This document shows, in pieces, positions 52,343 to 64,000 of a stretch of DNA of 64,000 bases. Source of the stretch: Gnetum montanum (taxonomy: Eukaryota; Plantae; Gnetophyta); NCBI GenBank assembly GCA_015680685.1, contig MNCI01002993.1:361621-425620 (forward strand), given 5' to 3'. A program made the position numbers and the translations under genes. Numbering within the stretch: position 1 is the first letter of the stretch; every line of letters starts with the position of its first letter. The notes under the pieces were generated by a model. It was not told the origin of the DNA. It was given only the letters and a program-made list of their open reading frames with translations, and did not search any database.

Positions 52343-53699
52343 GGATGGGGAAAATGAGAAATAGTTGATTGTGAGATATGTTTAAGGGAAAGAACTTAAC
52401 AATAGCACCAAAAAGGAATGCTAGTGGATTCTCCCCAAAGTAGGCTCATGTCCTTTATGCCCTAACAAACCTGAAAACTAAAGATTTCATAGGCTCTAGG
52501 AATGACATGAAAATAATAGTTAAGAATTAACCCACAAAAATTTACCAAAGAATAACAATGCATCAACCAAGATATAGAGTAATCATAAAATTGAAAATGA
52601 GGTAGAATACGGGAAGCAATACGAAAAGAGAAGAGAGAATGAAATGGAATCCTAAAATTAAGGTTATGTAAAGTCCCTTGTGTATTATGTGGTTAAGGTG
52701 ACTTAATAAAATTCAATTCAAATTTAGATTAAAACTAAACACATCTAGTGACCTCACATCAACCCACTTGACCAATCCATCCTCCTGAAGCAACAAGAAT
52801 TCTTTCACAGAGCAACCACCATTCCAAAAAGAGAAGAATAGAGAAGCAAAAAGTGAGAAAGGGCCTTAGTTAGAGGGAACCTTCAAGCATGGGTAACATG
52901 TCTTTCCAATGCCATAACTAGTGCTTGTAGCCTATACTTCTTTATTATGTCTAAGGGGTGTGCTTTGAATTCCCACTATTTTTTTTATTTTTTGAGTGGA
53001 AACCATACCATGCAAAGACTTATGTGATTCATTCAACTTCCTAATATTAGTTGAAAGTGGAATGATGGAAAACCCATGAAAAGCATCTAAGTACCGAAGA
53101 GAATAGCTAGCACAAATGCATCGAATCCCCTTAAATTTACACCCTATTCAATCCATTTGAATTTTTCCTTGATTTGAAGAATAACAAGCCACAAATTCAT
53201 TAATAAGTTTGATTGAAAAAAGGGACTGTACATTTCCAAAATAAAGGGAGACCACAGAGTTTAATGGATGAATGGATGACATGGACTCATTGCCTATTTT
53301 ATCAAAAGAAACCATATCTTAGCATTAACATTGAAAGTCAAAGGTAAAAACCAACATTAGCAATCAAGACCATTATAGAAAAACCTGCCATCATGAGCAC
53401 TTATTATGTGATGAGTGAAAATAAATTAAACAAAATATAATAGAGAAAGAAATAGTAAAAATGTTAATGATGGTGTAAAAAAAAAACAAGTAAATATGAA
53501 AAATGTGTAAAACAAAAATGTGTAAAATAAAAAGACAAGAGAAATTAAGAGCTTAGAATAATTAGCATTAGTGGGCATCTCCCCCATGACTGAGTTGGAA
53601 GGAGGAGATCTGAAATAATGAGTAGGAATATCCATCAATAGAGGTAGTGTTGGTATTGGTCATTTTAGGATCATGGAAAGGCATAGTTTGCTGGATGTT

Positions 53700-56100
53700 G
53701 GCCAATAATTTTTTATTTGAGCTTCTAGGTTTATAGATCATCATGGCTTCTAAAGGAAAAGTTTCATTAATGATCTAACGTCCTTCACATAGCATTTAAA
53801 ATTTAGTTTGTTGTGGAACATGTGGGATTCCAATAAAGAACCCTATCTCTTGGTTGGTATTTGACTTTTCTAATTCTTAGGTTATGATGTTGTTTGTTGA
53901 AGGCCTTGTGTAGTTCATTGGATAACAAGGTGGCTAATTGGTTTTCATTTAGCAAGTTAAGATTCATTAACTATTTTTTCTATGCTAGATTGAGATCAAG
54001 GTTAAGGTCACATGCTTTTCATAGTGTACAGAGCTCAACTTGGATAGGAAGTGTTGGAAGTTTACAATACACTAACTCATAGAGAGAGTAGCCTATAGGG
54101 TGTTTCCATGTGGAGCGGTAGGCCCAAAGAGCATCGTTTATTTTGGTGCTCCAATATTGCCTATATTTGCTAATGGTTCATGTCAAAATTTTTGTGATTT
54201 TCCTATTGGTGAATTCAGCTTGACCATTCAGTTAAGGATGATATGGCGTAGTCAGTTTATGCTCAACTCCTAAGCATTGCATCAACTTCCAAAAATTCAC
54301 ACCTGTGAAATGTGTACCATTATAAAAATTAAGTGCACAAGGCATGCCAAACCTATTTAGGATTTGTTGTTGAACAATTCATGTAGCGGTAGATGATGTA
54401 CAATTGGTAATGGTGGCTTCTTTTGACCATTTTGTAAAATAATCAATAGAAAAAACAATGTATGCTTTTCCATTGGACATCAGTGTAATAGGCCTCATAA
54501 AATCAATACCCCATATGTTAAAGGGTTCTAAGGATTGAATTCATTATTGTGGACCCTCCATTCTAGCAGTCATTCCCCCATCATGTTGGCAGCACTCACA
54601 AGATTGGATAAAATGATGGGTGTCTCAAAATAATGTAGGCCAATAATATCCTACAAGCAAGATTTTAATGGTTGTTCATCTCCCAACATAATGAACCCCA
54701 CAAGGGCCCTCATGAATATCTTGGAGAACTCACAATTGATCTACGTCAAGAACATACCATCAAACTAAGCCATCAGAACATACCTTGTAAACGTGTCTAT
54801 TCATTTCCATGAAATGTTTGACTCGGTGGAGAAACTATTGTTTCGTTTTAATGTATAGCCCTTGTGGCATTTATTATGTGAGAAGATAAGTAAGAATTAT
54901 ACTATACCAATTTGTATCGATGGGTGATTGATTTTTTATTGCACTTGCAAAGAGGAGTTCATCAAGGAAGCTATTAGAAATTGGGTATTCATCCTCTTTG
55001 TTGTCCCATTGGAACTGAGATAAATGCTCAGCAATAGCATTCTTGGTGCCTTTACAATCTACTATCGTGAGATCGAACTCTTGCAAGATCACAAGCGATC
55101 ATATGATGCGAGAGCTCACTGTTGGTTTATTCATAAGGAACTGAGTCACACTATGATCTATGTGTACAAATACCTTATAGCCTAACACATAGTGCCTAAA
55201 TTTCTCTAGTACAAACACCACAACCATTGACTCTTTTTCTATTATGGTATAGTTGAGTTGTGCACTAGCAATACTTCGACTTGCACAATGAATGTAATAG
55301 GGATGTTTGTGGTCATCTAACTATGTAAGTACAGCTCCTAAAGAAAAATTGAACATGTTAGTAATTATATGGAATTGTCTAAACCAGTCAGGAGCTTGTA
55401 GAATGGGTGTTTCTATGAGCTTTTGCTTGAGGGTTTGGAAAGCTAACTCACATTCTTTGGTCCATTCAAAGGATACATCATTTTTTGTTAATTCTACTAA
55501 TGGTTTTGCAATCTTCAAACAGTTCTTGATGAAGTATCTATAATATCTAGTATGTCCATGAAATGATCAAACAACTTTTATAGTTTCTATTAACAAGTGA
55601 TTCCTTGGATGCCTTTAATTTTTTCAAGATCTACCTCTATCCCTGTTTGTAAAATTTTATGCCCTAATACAATGTCCTCTTAGAACATTAGGTGGCTTTT
55701 CTGCCAATTGAGCCTTAGGTTGGTTTCAACACATTGTTTTATTATTTGCTCTAATTAGTCCAATGCTTGTTCAAAGTCTACTCTATAGGTGGAGAAATCA
55801 TCCATAAAAACCTCCATACCATTCCCTATTTACTATTGAAATATACTAGGAACCAAATGTTGAAACATTGTTGGAGCATTGTATAAGCCAAACAACATCT
55901 ATCTATATGCAAATGTCCCCCAAGGACTTGTGAATGTAGTTTTGGCTTGGTCTTTTTATGCTATTTGGATTTGATTGTACTTATTGTAACCATCCAGAAA
56001 ACTATAGTAACAATGCCCTACAATAGTATCTAAGACTTGGTCAATGATTGACAATGGGAAATGATCTTTAAATGTTTCCATGTTTAGTAGCCTAAAGCAT
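53700..56100 (-). pseudogene. Athila-type pol (RT-RH-INT) remnant
   Basis: DHFPLSIIDQVLD, FLDGY, FGLYNAPTMFQ, EVFMDDFS, FEWTKECELAFQTLK..PILQAPDW, LQEFDLTIVDCKGTKN, WGIDFM, TTPYHP, DALWAYR. Confidence 0.93.
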
Positions 56101-56299
56101 AAATTTTAGTAGCCACTAGGTGCATTCCTATCTTGTGGCTACTACATACAAGCATATTTGTATGTTAGATACTTGTGCACACTGGTTGCATGCAGGCAAT
56201 GTTAAGCGTTGTACAACCTAAGACTTCTGCACACATTTGCACCCTATGTCATTGTATGTGATGCATGGAAATTTCTTCTTCTCGATCTTTTTAAATGCA

Positions 56300-56720
56300 T
56301 TTTCTTTTGATATCTTTAGTGAAAGATCATGTATTCCTAAGTGCGCATCAATGTACTTAGCCATGCTCTTCCCATTATGATTGGAAAGTCCCCCTTGCAG
56401 TTGTTAACTTAAATCACTAGGAAATCAGTTGGATATGACCACCCACAAATAGTGGTGATAATCTCCTCTACTAGTCCCAATGGAATAGTGATGGACTTGT
56501 TGGCCAACTCTAAATGAATGTTGCTCTTTTTTAGTAGAGGTAGGTTCCAAGCTCTATACATTTCCTGGGAGATCATATTAACACCATAACCTGAATCCAA
56601 AAGAGCTTTACAAGCCTCATTTCCAATGATTTGCAAATAAATAAAAGGACTTCCAAGATTAGAGAATTTTCTAGGAAGATGGCCAACTTTAATCCAATCA
56701 ATGATAGCATGAGTTAACAT
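56300..56720 (-). pseudogene. Aspartic protease remnant
   Basis: ORF 56409-56804 reads KALLDSGYGVNMI...LELANKSITIPLGLVEE..YPTDFLVI. Confidence 0.9.
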
Positions 56721-57249
56721 GACAGTGTGTGTTGAGTGCATTTTTTGGTCTGAAGAAAGCTCCAAAGATTCGAATGATGATGAGGCATTTGAATAATTAG
56801 CCATTTGTGGTTGTAAGAACTAGGTTGGACTATTCATTCTAAATAAAGGTCTCTTCTTTGATCAATTTTTTGATCCAACAGTAGGATGAAGATTGATAGC
56901 CCTTGTAGTGTTACGTTGCTATGGCTAGGTAGGAAGCTCACCCTGCATAGTTGGAGCAAGTGGTAGTGGAGCTGAGTATGGAAGAGATGTAGATATATGA
57001 GAAGGATAGTACATATGTGGAGCATCATCCCTAGAAGAAGAAGTTCTATAGTACTCGAGGGTCTGGTAGTGAGGCTAAAAAGCAACGTGACTAGTAGAGT
57101 CATGTGGAGAGATTTGCTATTGAATGTAGTATCCATATGGGTCAGGTTGATGGTAAGGGTATTGTTGATGTGGTGGTGGAATTCCCCATGATTGTGGGTG
57201 TTTTCACCATTGATATTGTTCATTTGGTTTTGATGGAGTTCAACTTAGA

Positions 57250-58300
57250 TAATATTTCAAGGGTTAGTGGAATTGCCTTGGGTTACCTTGAGATAAGGTA
57301 ACCTTCTATGTGTTTTCCATCTATTTAATTGTGGGTTTAGTGCATACACCTTATACTCTTGTAGATGTGACACCACTGGGAAGCATCCCTTAGGATAGTC
57401 ATATTGGCAAATCTCACATCCACCATCATTGTTTGTATCCAAATCCATAACCTCTTCAATGGCAGCAACCTTGGCTTTACCCTTGTTATGTGCATACTTA
57501 GCTTCTTTTTTTTCCTTCTCTCTCAGTCACTACTTTTTTCTCTAGACTCCTCTACTATTTTTAGGATAGTTTGAAATTTTTCATCTAGGGAGTTCCACAT
57601 TTGATCCACCTTTTCTGATACTTCTGATGCAAATTTTTGAATGATCAAAGTCTTTCTACTTACCATCTCTTCAAGTAGTGACTCTTCTTCATCTTTGGAA
57701 AATATAATTTCCTTCCTCCAAAGGGAAGGATCTTTGTTGTGCTCCTTTGTAATTTTTTTCCTCAACACATCTTCTTCTTTGGCAACTTGCTCTAACAATA
57801 TTTGTATTTGATGGGCTTTGAGCTCATATAGCCTTCATTGGGCAAAAGTCCCAAGGGTTCTTTGCATTTCATACCTAAGGCCATCTATGAGATGGTGTAG
57901 TTGTTCCTTTTGTGAGTAACCATGGCTAGCGAAACAATGTAATAATGAATAATATTAGCCCATGGTAGCATCCAAGGATTTTTGTCCTCCTTGTTTCCAT
58001 CCTTGGATTTGCTTATGTAGGTTGGACACTCGGGAGTACATTTGATACTTATCATTGAATAGCTCCAACATGGTACTCCATTCACAAATTGATTCTAGTT
58101 CTAAGGAATGGTACTAGCTTTCTGCTTCCTTGATCAGTGTCTATGGAAACAAGTTTAGCTTTTACCACTTTTTTTCTATATTCTACAAGGCACATGCATC
58201 ATGGAATGCTTGTAAATGGTTTTGAGGATTAGCATTGTATCACCCTCCAAATCATGGGATGTTATTCATGTCTAGTCTTTTGATCCTACTATCTTTCTAG
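57250..58300 (-). pseudogene. Athila-type gag remnant
   Basis: LNLFP*TLIKEAES*YHSLELESICEWSTMLELFNDKY (~58040-58165) matches Retrotrans_gag. CEIC at ~57410. Confidence 0.75.
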
Positions 58301-60938
58301 TTCCTTGTTGGGATCTTAATAGCCTCTATTATATTTAACATACTTTGGGTGGTGAGTAGAGGTTCATTGTGATCATGCTACCTATGGCTTCTATGGTGCA
58401 TATGCTATTTCCTACGCTTCCTTCTCTCATGACATGTCTCTCTAGAATGCCCTCATCCCATTTCTTTACTTTTTTGTCAATGATTTCTATTTTCCTATCC
58501 TTTTCCTCATGGTCTTACCCTTTGCAACTACATTCAGATCCCGAAGGAGATGAGGAAGAAAATGATGAAGGTGAAGAGGAAGGAGGACTAGCACCATGAT
58601 GGTGTCTATCACCTTCTCTTCAGTGGTCATGGCCTTAGTTGTGGTTACGATCATAATATCCATCATTGTCATGTGTTCATGTTCCTTTTCTGGATCCTTT
58701 GTTTCTGTTGGTATCAAAACCTACGTTATGAATAGTTGAGTGAATATTTTGATACTCAACTCCTTGACTAAAGTGAGAGAGAGGAACATAATTTTGTAGA
58801 AAACCTCCTGGGATAGGTTCACCATCATCATTTTTACTTAGGACATACAGGACATCCTAAGATCACTTCCCCTTCATGGATTTGTAATGTCTCTCCTATT
58901 GTCAATCCCTCTGACGTTATGCCTCCATGGGTTGATAATCTCTTGAATCTTGTTCATGCACAATGTACTCTAACTGTAAGTGTTACATACTGATTTGTGT
59001 GAGAGCATGAAGAAGCATGCTTGGGATTGAGCAATTAGGAGGTAACACTATGTTACCTTCTAAATCATGCCATCGTAGCTATTCATCTTGGTGGAGGATA
59101 AAGGTAAATTTTGGTACATACTCATTAGCATGAGCATACACCATGCAAAATTTTTGGGGCACTAGCAGATCATCATGTGCACCCTGCCTCCAATTGTTCA
59201 TGGTACTAGACCTAGTCAATGAAGGACTCTCATAAGAAGGAGACATGATTGATTACTTAGTATGCAGTGCTCTTTTCCTATGATTGTAGGATAGCTAATT
59301 TTAAGGGTTTGTTCCAATGATGGAAGGATTTCCGAAGTTCTTAATTAGCACATGAACAACAAAATCCATGAAAATGGTGCTAATGATGAACAGCGAGATA
59401 CCCCTATGCCCAACCATACAAATATGAGCATTCACATGCAATTGAGTCAAACTTCAAGGATTAAGTGCTTATGCATCCATACAGAACAAAGATGAGTTAT
59501 AAAATCATTGTCTTCCCATTCATTAGCAAGAGGTGTGTCCAAAGAATACTTGGCTAAAAAGAAAAAAAATATTTCTTTTGAAAGTGACTAGATCTAGAAG
59601 AAGTAATGGTAGATGAAAGATTTTCCCTTGACAAAGCTGAATACACAACAGTAAGAGGCATGAGAAAAACAAAGATTAAATGATGAAAGATAAAAAATGA
59701 GCTACAAAAACTACAACTTTTAGAACAAAAAGGATTAAAGAAGCAACAACAAAAACAATGGAAAAGAGGAATAAAGCTCATATTTAAATTTTAACATTTC
59801 ATCAGTTTACTTAATGAAAGAAGTTTTCTAGTCTTTTAGAGTTAAAGTAAAGGAAGGACACATTATCCTAAGTTAGAAACTCCCCATTGAATTAGAAACA
59901 GAGGCTATTATCATCTTTCAATATAAAGAAGATGATCCACAAAATGGAAGACAAAAGCTAGTGATGTCTTATCAAGACATGACAAAGAACATAGCAACTT
60001 TGATAGAAGATATGAAAGAAATAGCTGACAGTCAAATAGCTAAGTTGAAGAAATTTCTAATGCAAAACAAATAAAAAACATCCAAGCTACGAGAGAAGTT
60101 AAACAACTTTAGAGGAAAAAATGAGTAGCTTAAAGTAATGATTACCATTAAGAAATCATTGCTCAAAAATAAAGAAAAAACAATAGCAAAATTTGAGGAA
60201 ATATTAGCTATTATAAGTTTAGAATTATAATAGACGAGAAAGGGAAAAGCTCTAGATCATTCCCATCTACCTCTACCAAGATTTAAGTTAATAATTACTA
60301 AAATGAATTACAACAAGGAGTGAATGAAGGATAGAAAGCATGAAATCATAGAAATTTACGGGAAATAGGCCATTTTTCTTAAAATGGAGAGAAAAATACA
60401 AGAATTATTTAATTTAGCTAGAGCCAAAAAAAGAGCTACTACTTCAATATAAATAAGGCTTTTTTGCATATGATGGTGATGGTAGTTACTGGAATTATGA
60501 ATTAAAATGCCAAAAAAATTATAATTACAATAAGTTTTTTTTTTTTATCATGGGAGCTATATTAGGAGAGATAACTAATTTCATAAATGAATCAAGTTTG
60601 GAAGAAACAAGCATTGAAGATATCCTTAATATGTTTAAGTGTAATGAACCAAATGTAATAAATTAGGCTATTAAGCTTTTCCTTAATCATGGGAGGTTAT
60701 CTCAACAATTATCAATTGAAGAGCTCTAGATTCAAAGAATGAGAAGAATTTATCAAGAAACTAAAAAACTATCAAATGGCCTATAGTTATATAAGGAAAA
60801 TGTAAGAATATGAAGCCATAACTTTTGCAAAGGTTGTAACTAGCAATGGCTAATATATAGAGCCCAGAGTAGAAGCTATTTAGGGACATGGGAAGTGAAG
60901 AATTTCTTTTAAGAAAGCTTGTAAAGACTATTTTCATC

Positions 60939-61820
60939 TGATGAGTGGTGAGGTACCCCTACGCTCAACCATACGAATATGAGCATTACATGTGTGATCT
61001 AGTCAAACTCTGCAGATTAAGTGCCTACATGCCTTATGGAACACTTAAGGTTAATCATTCGTTGTATTCCTAGACTTACTTGTATTTTTCAAGGTTGTAT
61101 GGTTAAGTAAGTCTGAGGTATGTGATTTTTATATCTTTTGGATTTTTATCTCCTATGCTAATGAGGTGAAGAGTGAAGAGACTAATTAACTAGCTTTAAC
61201 TAATTGACTAAGCCTTAATTAACCTAGCATTATTATCTATTCCCACTTACCGTTCACACCCTAAACTGATGCAACCTTGGTTACCAAATACTAGTCGTTG
61301 TTGGGATCACCAAGCGTAATGCACATGCTCGAAGTGATCGTACTGAATGCACTTAACTATGAGAGAAGGGTTGAGAGAGAATTAATCAACTAATAAAGAA
61401 TTTAAATGACAAATAATAAATAACAATAAGTAAAATCCTATTTAGCCTATTCCATGCACTGCAAGGTTTATCCAAGAAGTTCATTTTTATTGGCATACAC
61501 AAACTTGTGTTCAGGTACAATATTTGCTCGAATAAAGATCTGTTCACTTTGGAGCTTCTACTACGGGCACATGGAAATTATTCTATTTCTAGAGAGGTAA
61601 AACTACTAGAGTTTCGCTATGATCTAGACCTAGAATGAGAAACAAGGGAGAGCCACCTCTTATTTATAGATTTGACTATGCGATATCATGGGGGATGCGA
61701 TATCACGGCCCATGTGATATCATGTCCCATCATACCCCCATGATTGAATAAAACTCATCCTCAAGTTCCTTACAAAATATTCAAAAGGTATGAGATTATT
61801 GACTGAATGGAACTGTTGGC
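60939..61820 (-). repeat. Athila-family LTR (60939-61732) with PPT and ~90 bp of internal sequence
   Basis: Colinear with solo LTR 24117-25131 (reverse orientation). Followed by tacccccatgattgaat as at 51669. Confidence 0.85.
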
Positions 61821-62058
61821 ACATTTGGCCATTACATGAAGCAGTTGGAATATTTTGTTCAAAATATGAGCAAAATCTTTGGTTGTAAATTTGCAGTTTA
61901 GTATTGTGAGTAATGGGTATTCTTGGAGAAGAAAGCTTGGTAAATAATGTTGATGATTTAAGCCTTCTTGGAAAGTAAATTAAAGTACCAAGATATTTTC
62001 TTGAGTAAAGGTTGGAATAAAAAAAGAGAAGGATTATTTACTACAAGAAAGCATACTA

Positions 62059-63140
62059 CCTGATTAATATTGGCAAAATAAACAACACTGTGGGTAGTGG
62101 ATTATCAAAAATCGGCTAAAGAATCCAACTGGTTTTGAATTCATAATTATCAAAGGGTGTAAAGGTTTTTGTATTGCAGAAAACCCAAATTCATGTATGA
62201 CCTAAGACCCATTGTTAACGCTACTGGGAAAAACGAAATCAAAAAAAAAAAAACAGAGCTGAATGCCACGGTATTGAGGTGTTTCCTTTGGCTTGCTGGT
62301 TCTGGACTATGTTCACGTACCAGTCGGAGCTATGTTGCTGACTCATCAGACGCCAAACCTAAGTTCGTGAAGCGCATGGGAGGTCCTTCTTGCACCGCTG
62401 AGCCATTTTAATAGGGGTTTCAAGCAGCAATCGTGTGGAGAAAATCGGACAGAACTGAGGCCAATGGAGGGCAGAACATAGAGATTAAACAACAAAGAAA
62501 AAATTGAAACCCTCTGTATACAATACATGGAGAAAGACATCCGGTTTTGTTCGGGCCCCAATTCTATTTTTGTCGCAGGCCGTAGCAGTTTCAGTTGCGC
62601 GGGCAGCAATGGCTCTAAAGGTTCCTGCGGTTTCAGCGGCTGCAGATTCATAACACATTCATCCCTAGTCCTGTAATCAATGACAATGGTGGAGACAAAC
62701 AAAAATAAGAAATGCAGGAAGCCCTAAACCAATTTTGGGGGCAAAACAAAAAAAATCTCTAGCAATCAAAACCCTTTGTTTGGGACAGTATGCTCAGCGT
62801 GTCGTTCTTCAAGAAAACCCTTCTTCTCTAGCACGTAACGGCAAAGCCAGATGCAGTTGCAAAGCCTTCTCCTATGGTGATCGTCAGTTACGGTTTTGTA
62901 GGGCCTTATTGCGCAGTGGCAGTTCGAATCTACGGTTTGGGATGATGCTGCATTTTGAATCTTGATTCAAACATGTGTCGGTTCTTACAGGTTTTGTGCA
63001 GAAATGAGAGAAAGACCGTTGTCTTGGAACTATGATTGAGCCTCTACGCAATTTACAGGGAAGACAAGAAGAATCGACGTAACTTTGCCGCTTTCACCAA
63101 GAATTATTTGATTACTTCTGCCGCTCAAAGTATATGGTTA
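62059..63140 (-). other. CpG-retaining island with consecutive minus-strand splice sites; possible 5' end of a host transcript
   Basis: CpG is frequent here, unlike most of the window. Candidate introns 62988-62671, 62526-62455 and 62320-62224, plus a donor at 62059. (TA)n upstream at ~63165-63180. No recognisable protein. Confidence 0.4.
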
Positions 63141-63410
63141 AGATGGAGTATAAATTAACCAACAATATATATATATATATCCATCATATGAAGTACCCAT
63201 TGTATGAAGTCTTGATTTAAAAACTTGCCTTCAATTATCCCAAGTCATGAAAAATTATTTTAAAACATATAAGTTACTACCCATAAAAAAAATTTGCAAT
63301 ATTGATTATCCCATTACATTTAATATCACATTACATTAATGTTAACATAAAATTCTCCTAATTTTATGCATAACTTCCTAACTCCCTAACTACATAACTT
63401 TCTCCTAGCT

Positions 63411-64000
63411 TGTTGGGCAAGTAATCTTCTAATTGGTTAGTCAAGTTACTTAAAGAAAAGTTATGTGAGATATTTTCAGATTTTTTTTTTGAAATTGTAA
63501 CTTCCCTACCTACCTTTGAACCCTATAAAAGGGCTTCAAGGAGAGAGAAAAAAAGGGGGAATCTCATTAGTGGATAAGGACTTTTGGAGGGAATAATTGG
63601 GATTTCATACATCACTTAGAAGACTTTTGGGAGGTCTCATACATCAAACTTGGGCTCTCACTTAGAGACATACTCGAGGTCTTGAGAAGAGCTTTGTAAA
63701 GAAATTGTGAACGATGATTGCTTGCAAGATGGCTAGAATAAAGATTTTAGCCTCTTTGTCATGGTCCTATGAGTTATGCATTTCATTTTTTGTTTTGGTT
63801 AAATTTTTTAGCTAGTGGTTTAGATAGTATCATCCTTGGCAAGTAATTTTGGGATTTTTAGATTGCTCTTATTGTTCTTGTTGCCCGATAGAAATTTCTA
63901 TTAAAATTTTGCCATAGAAGCGCTTGTGTTTAAAAGCCTTGAGAGCATTTTAATAGTAAATTCTGTTATTGTGTAATGTGTGGGAACTGCTATTGAAATT
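63411..64000 (+). repeat. Possible LTR start of another retroelement, running off the right edge
   Basis: tgttgg start, TATA-like ccctataaaaggg at ~63521, aataaa downstream. No partner visible. Confidence 0.3.

Larger units (their letters stand above)
50803..59520 (-). mobile_element. Athila-like Ty3/gypsy element, 5' LTR truncated
   Basis: 3' LTR 50803-51668 with PPT, extra ORF, INT-RH-RT, protease, gag, decayed tRNA-Asp-type PBS (~59364-59383), partial LTR 59384-~59520. Confidence 0.85.

Noticed and set aside
50803-61732. Single full-length element bounded by LTRs 50803 and 60939
   Set aside because: The LTR at 60939 has its own PPT and internal sequence on the right (it is another 3' LTR) and is closer to the 24117 subfamily. 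The PBS-adjacent LTR is the truncated one at 59384.
62169-62965. Track ORFs 62169, 62346 and 62735 as proteins
   Set aside because: No recognisable domain; they cross apparent intron sequence and poly-A/T runs.

Overview
AT-rich, CpG/CpHpG-depleted intergenic or intronic DNA from a large-genome land plant (taxon is inferred). It is almost entirely nested, decayed transposons, with one assembly gap (3173-3525), and contains no intact protein-coding gene. Main contents: (1) two diverged Tat/Ogre-like Ty3/gypsy elements, element 1 on minus (<1-14430) and element 2 on plus (~21120-49444); (2) a TSD-bounded SIRE/Maximus-like copia element without a recognisable pol (25683-38015), holding a nested solo LTR, a PIF1 helicase fragment and foldback repeats; (3) an Athila-like gypsy element (50803-59520) and related LTRs; (4) L1-like and RTE-like LINE remnants; (5) tRNA-derived SINE-like copies; (6) a CpG-retaining island near 62-63 kb with minus-strand splice signals. 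The most notable observation is that both Tat-like elements carry a homologous ~8-exon spliced gene in antisense orientation. In element 1 it follows gag-protease; in element 2 it lies upstream of RT-RH-aRH-INT. It is head-to-head with pol across an array of ~180-190 bp units, each with a palindromic motif that recurs in the LTR (clear for element 1). All coordinates were read by eye; those marked ~ are approximate.
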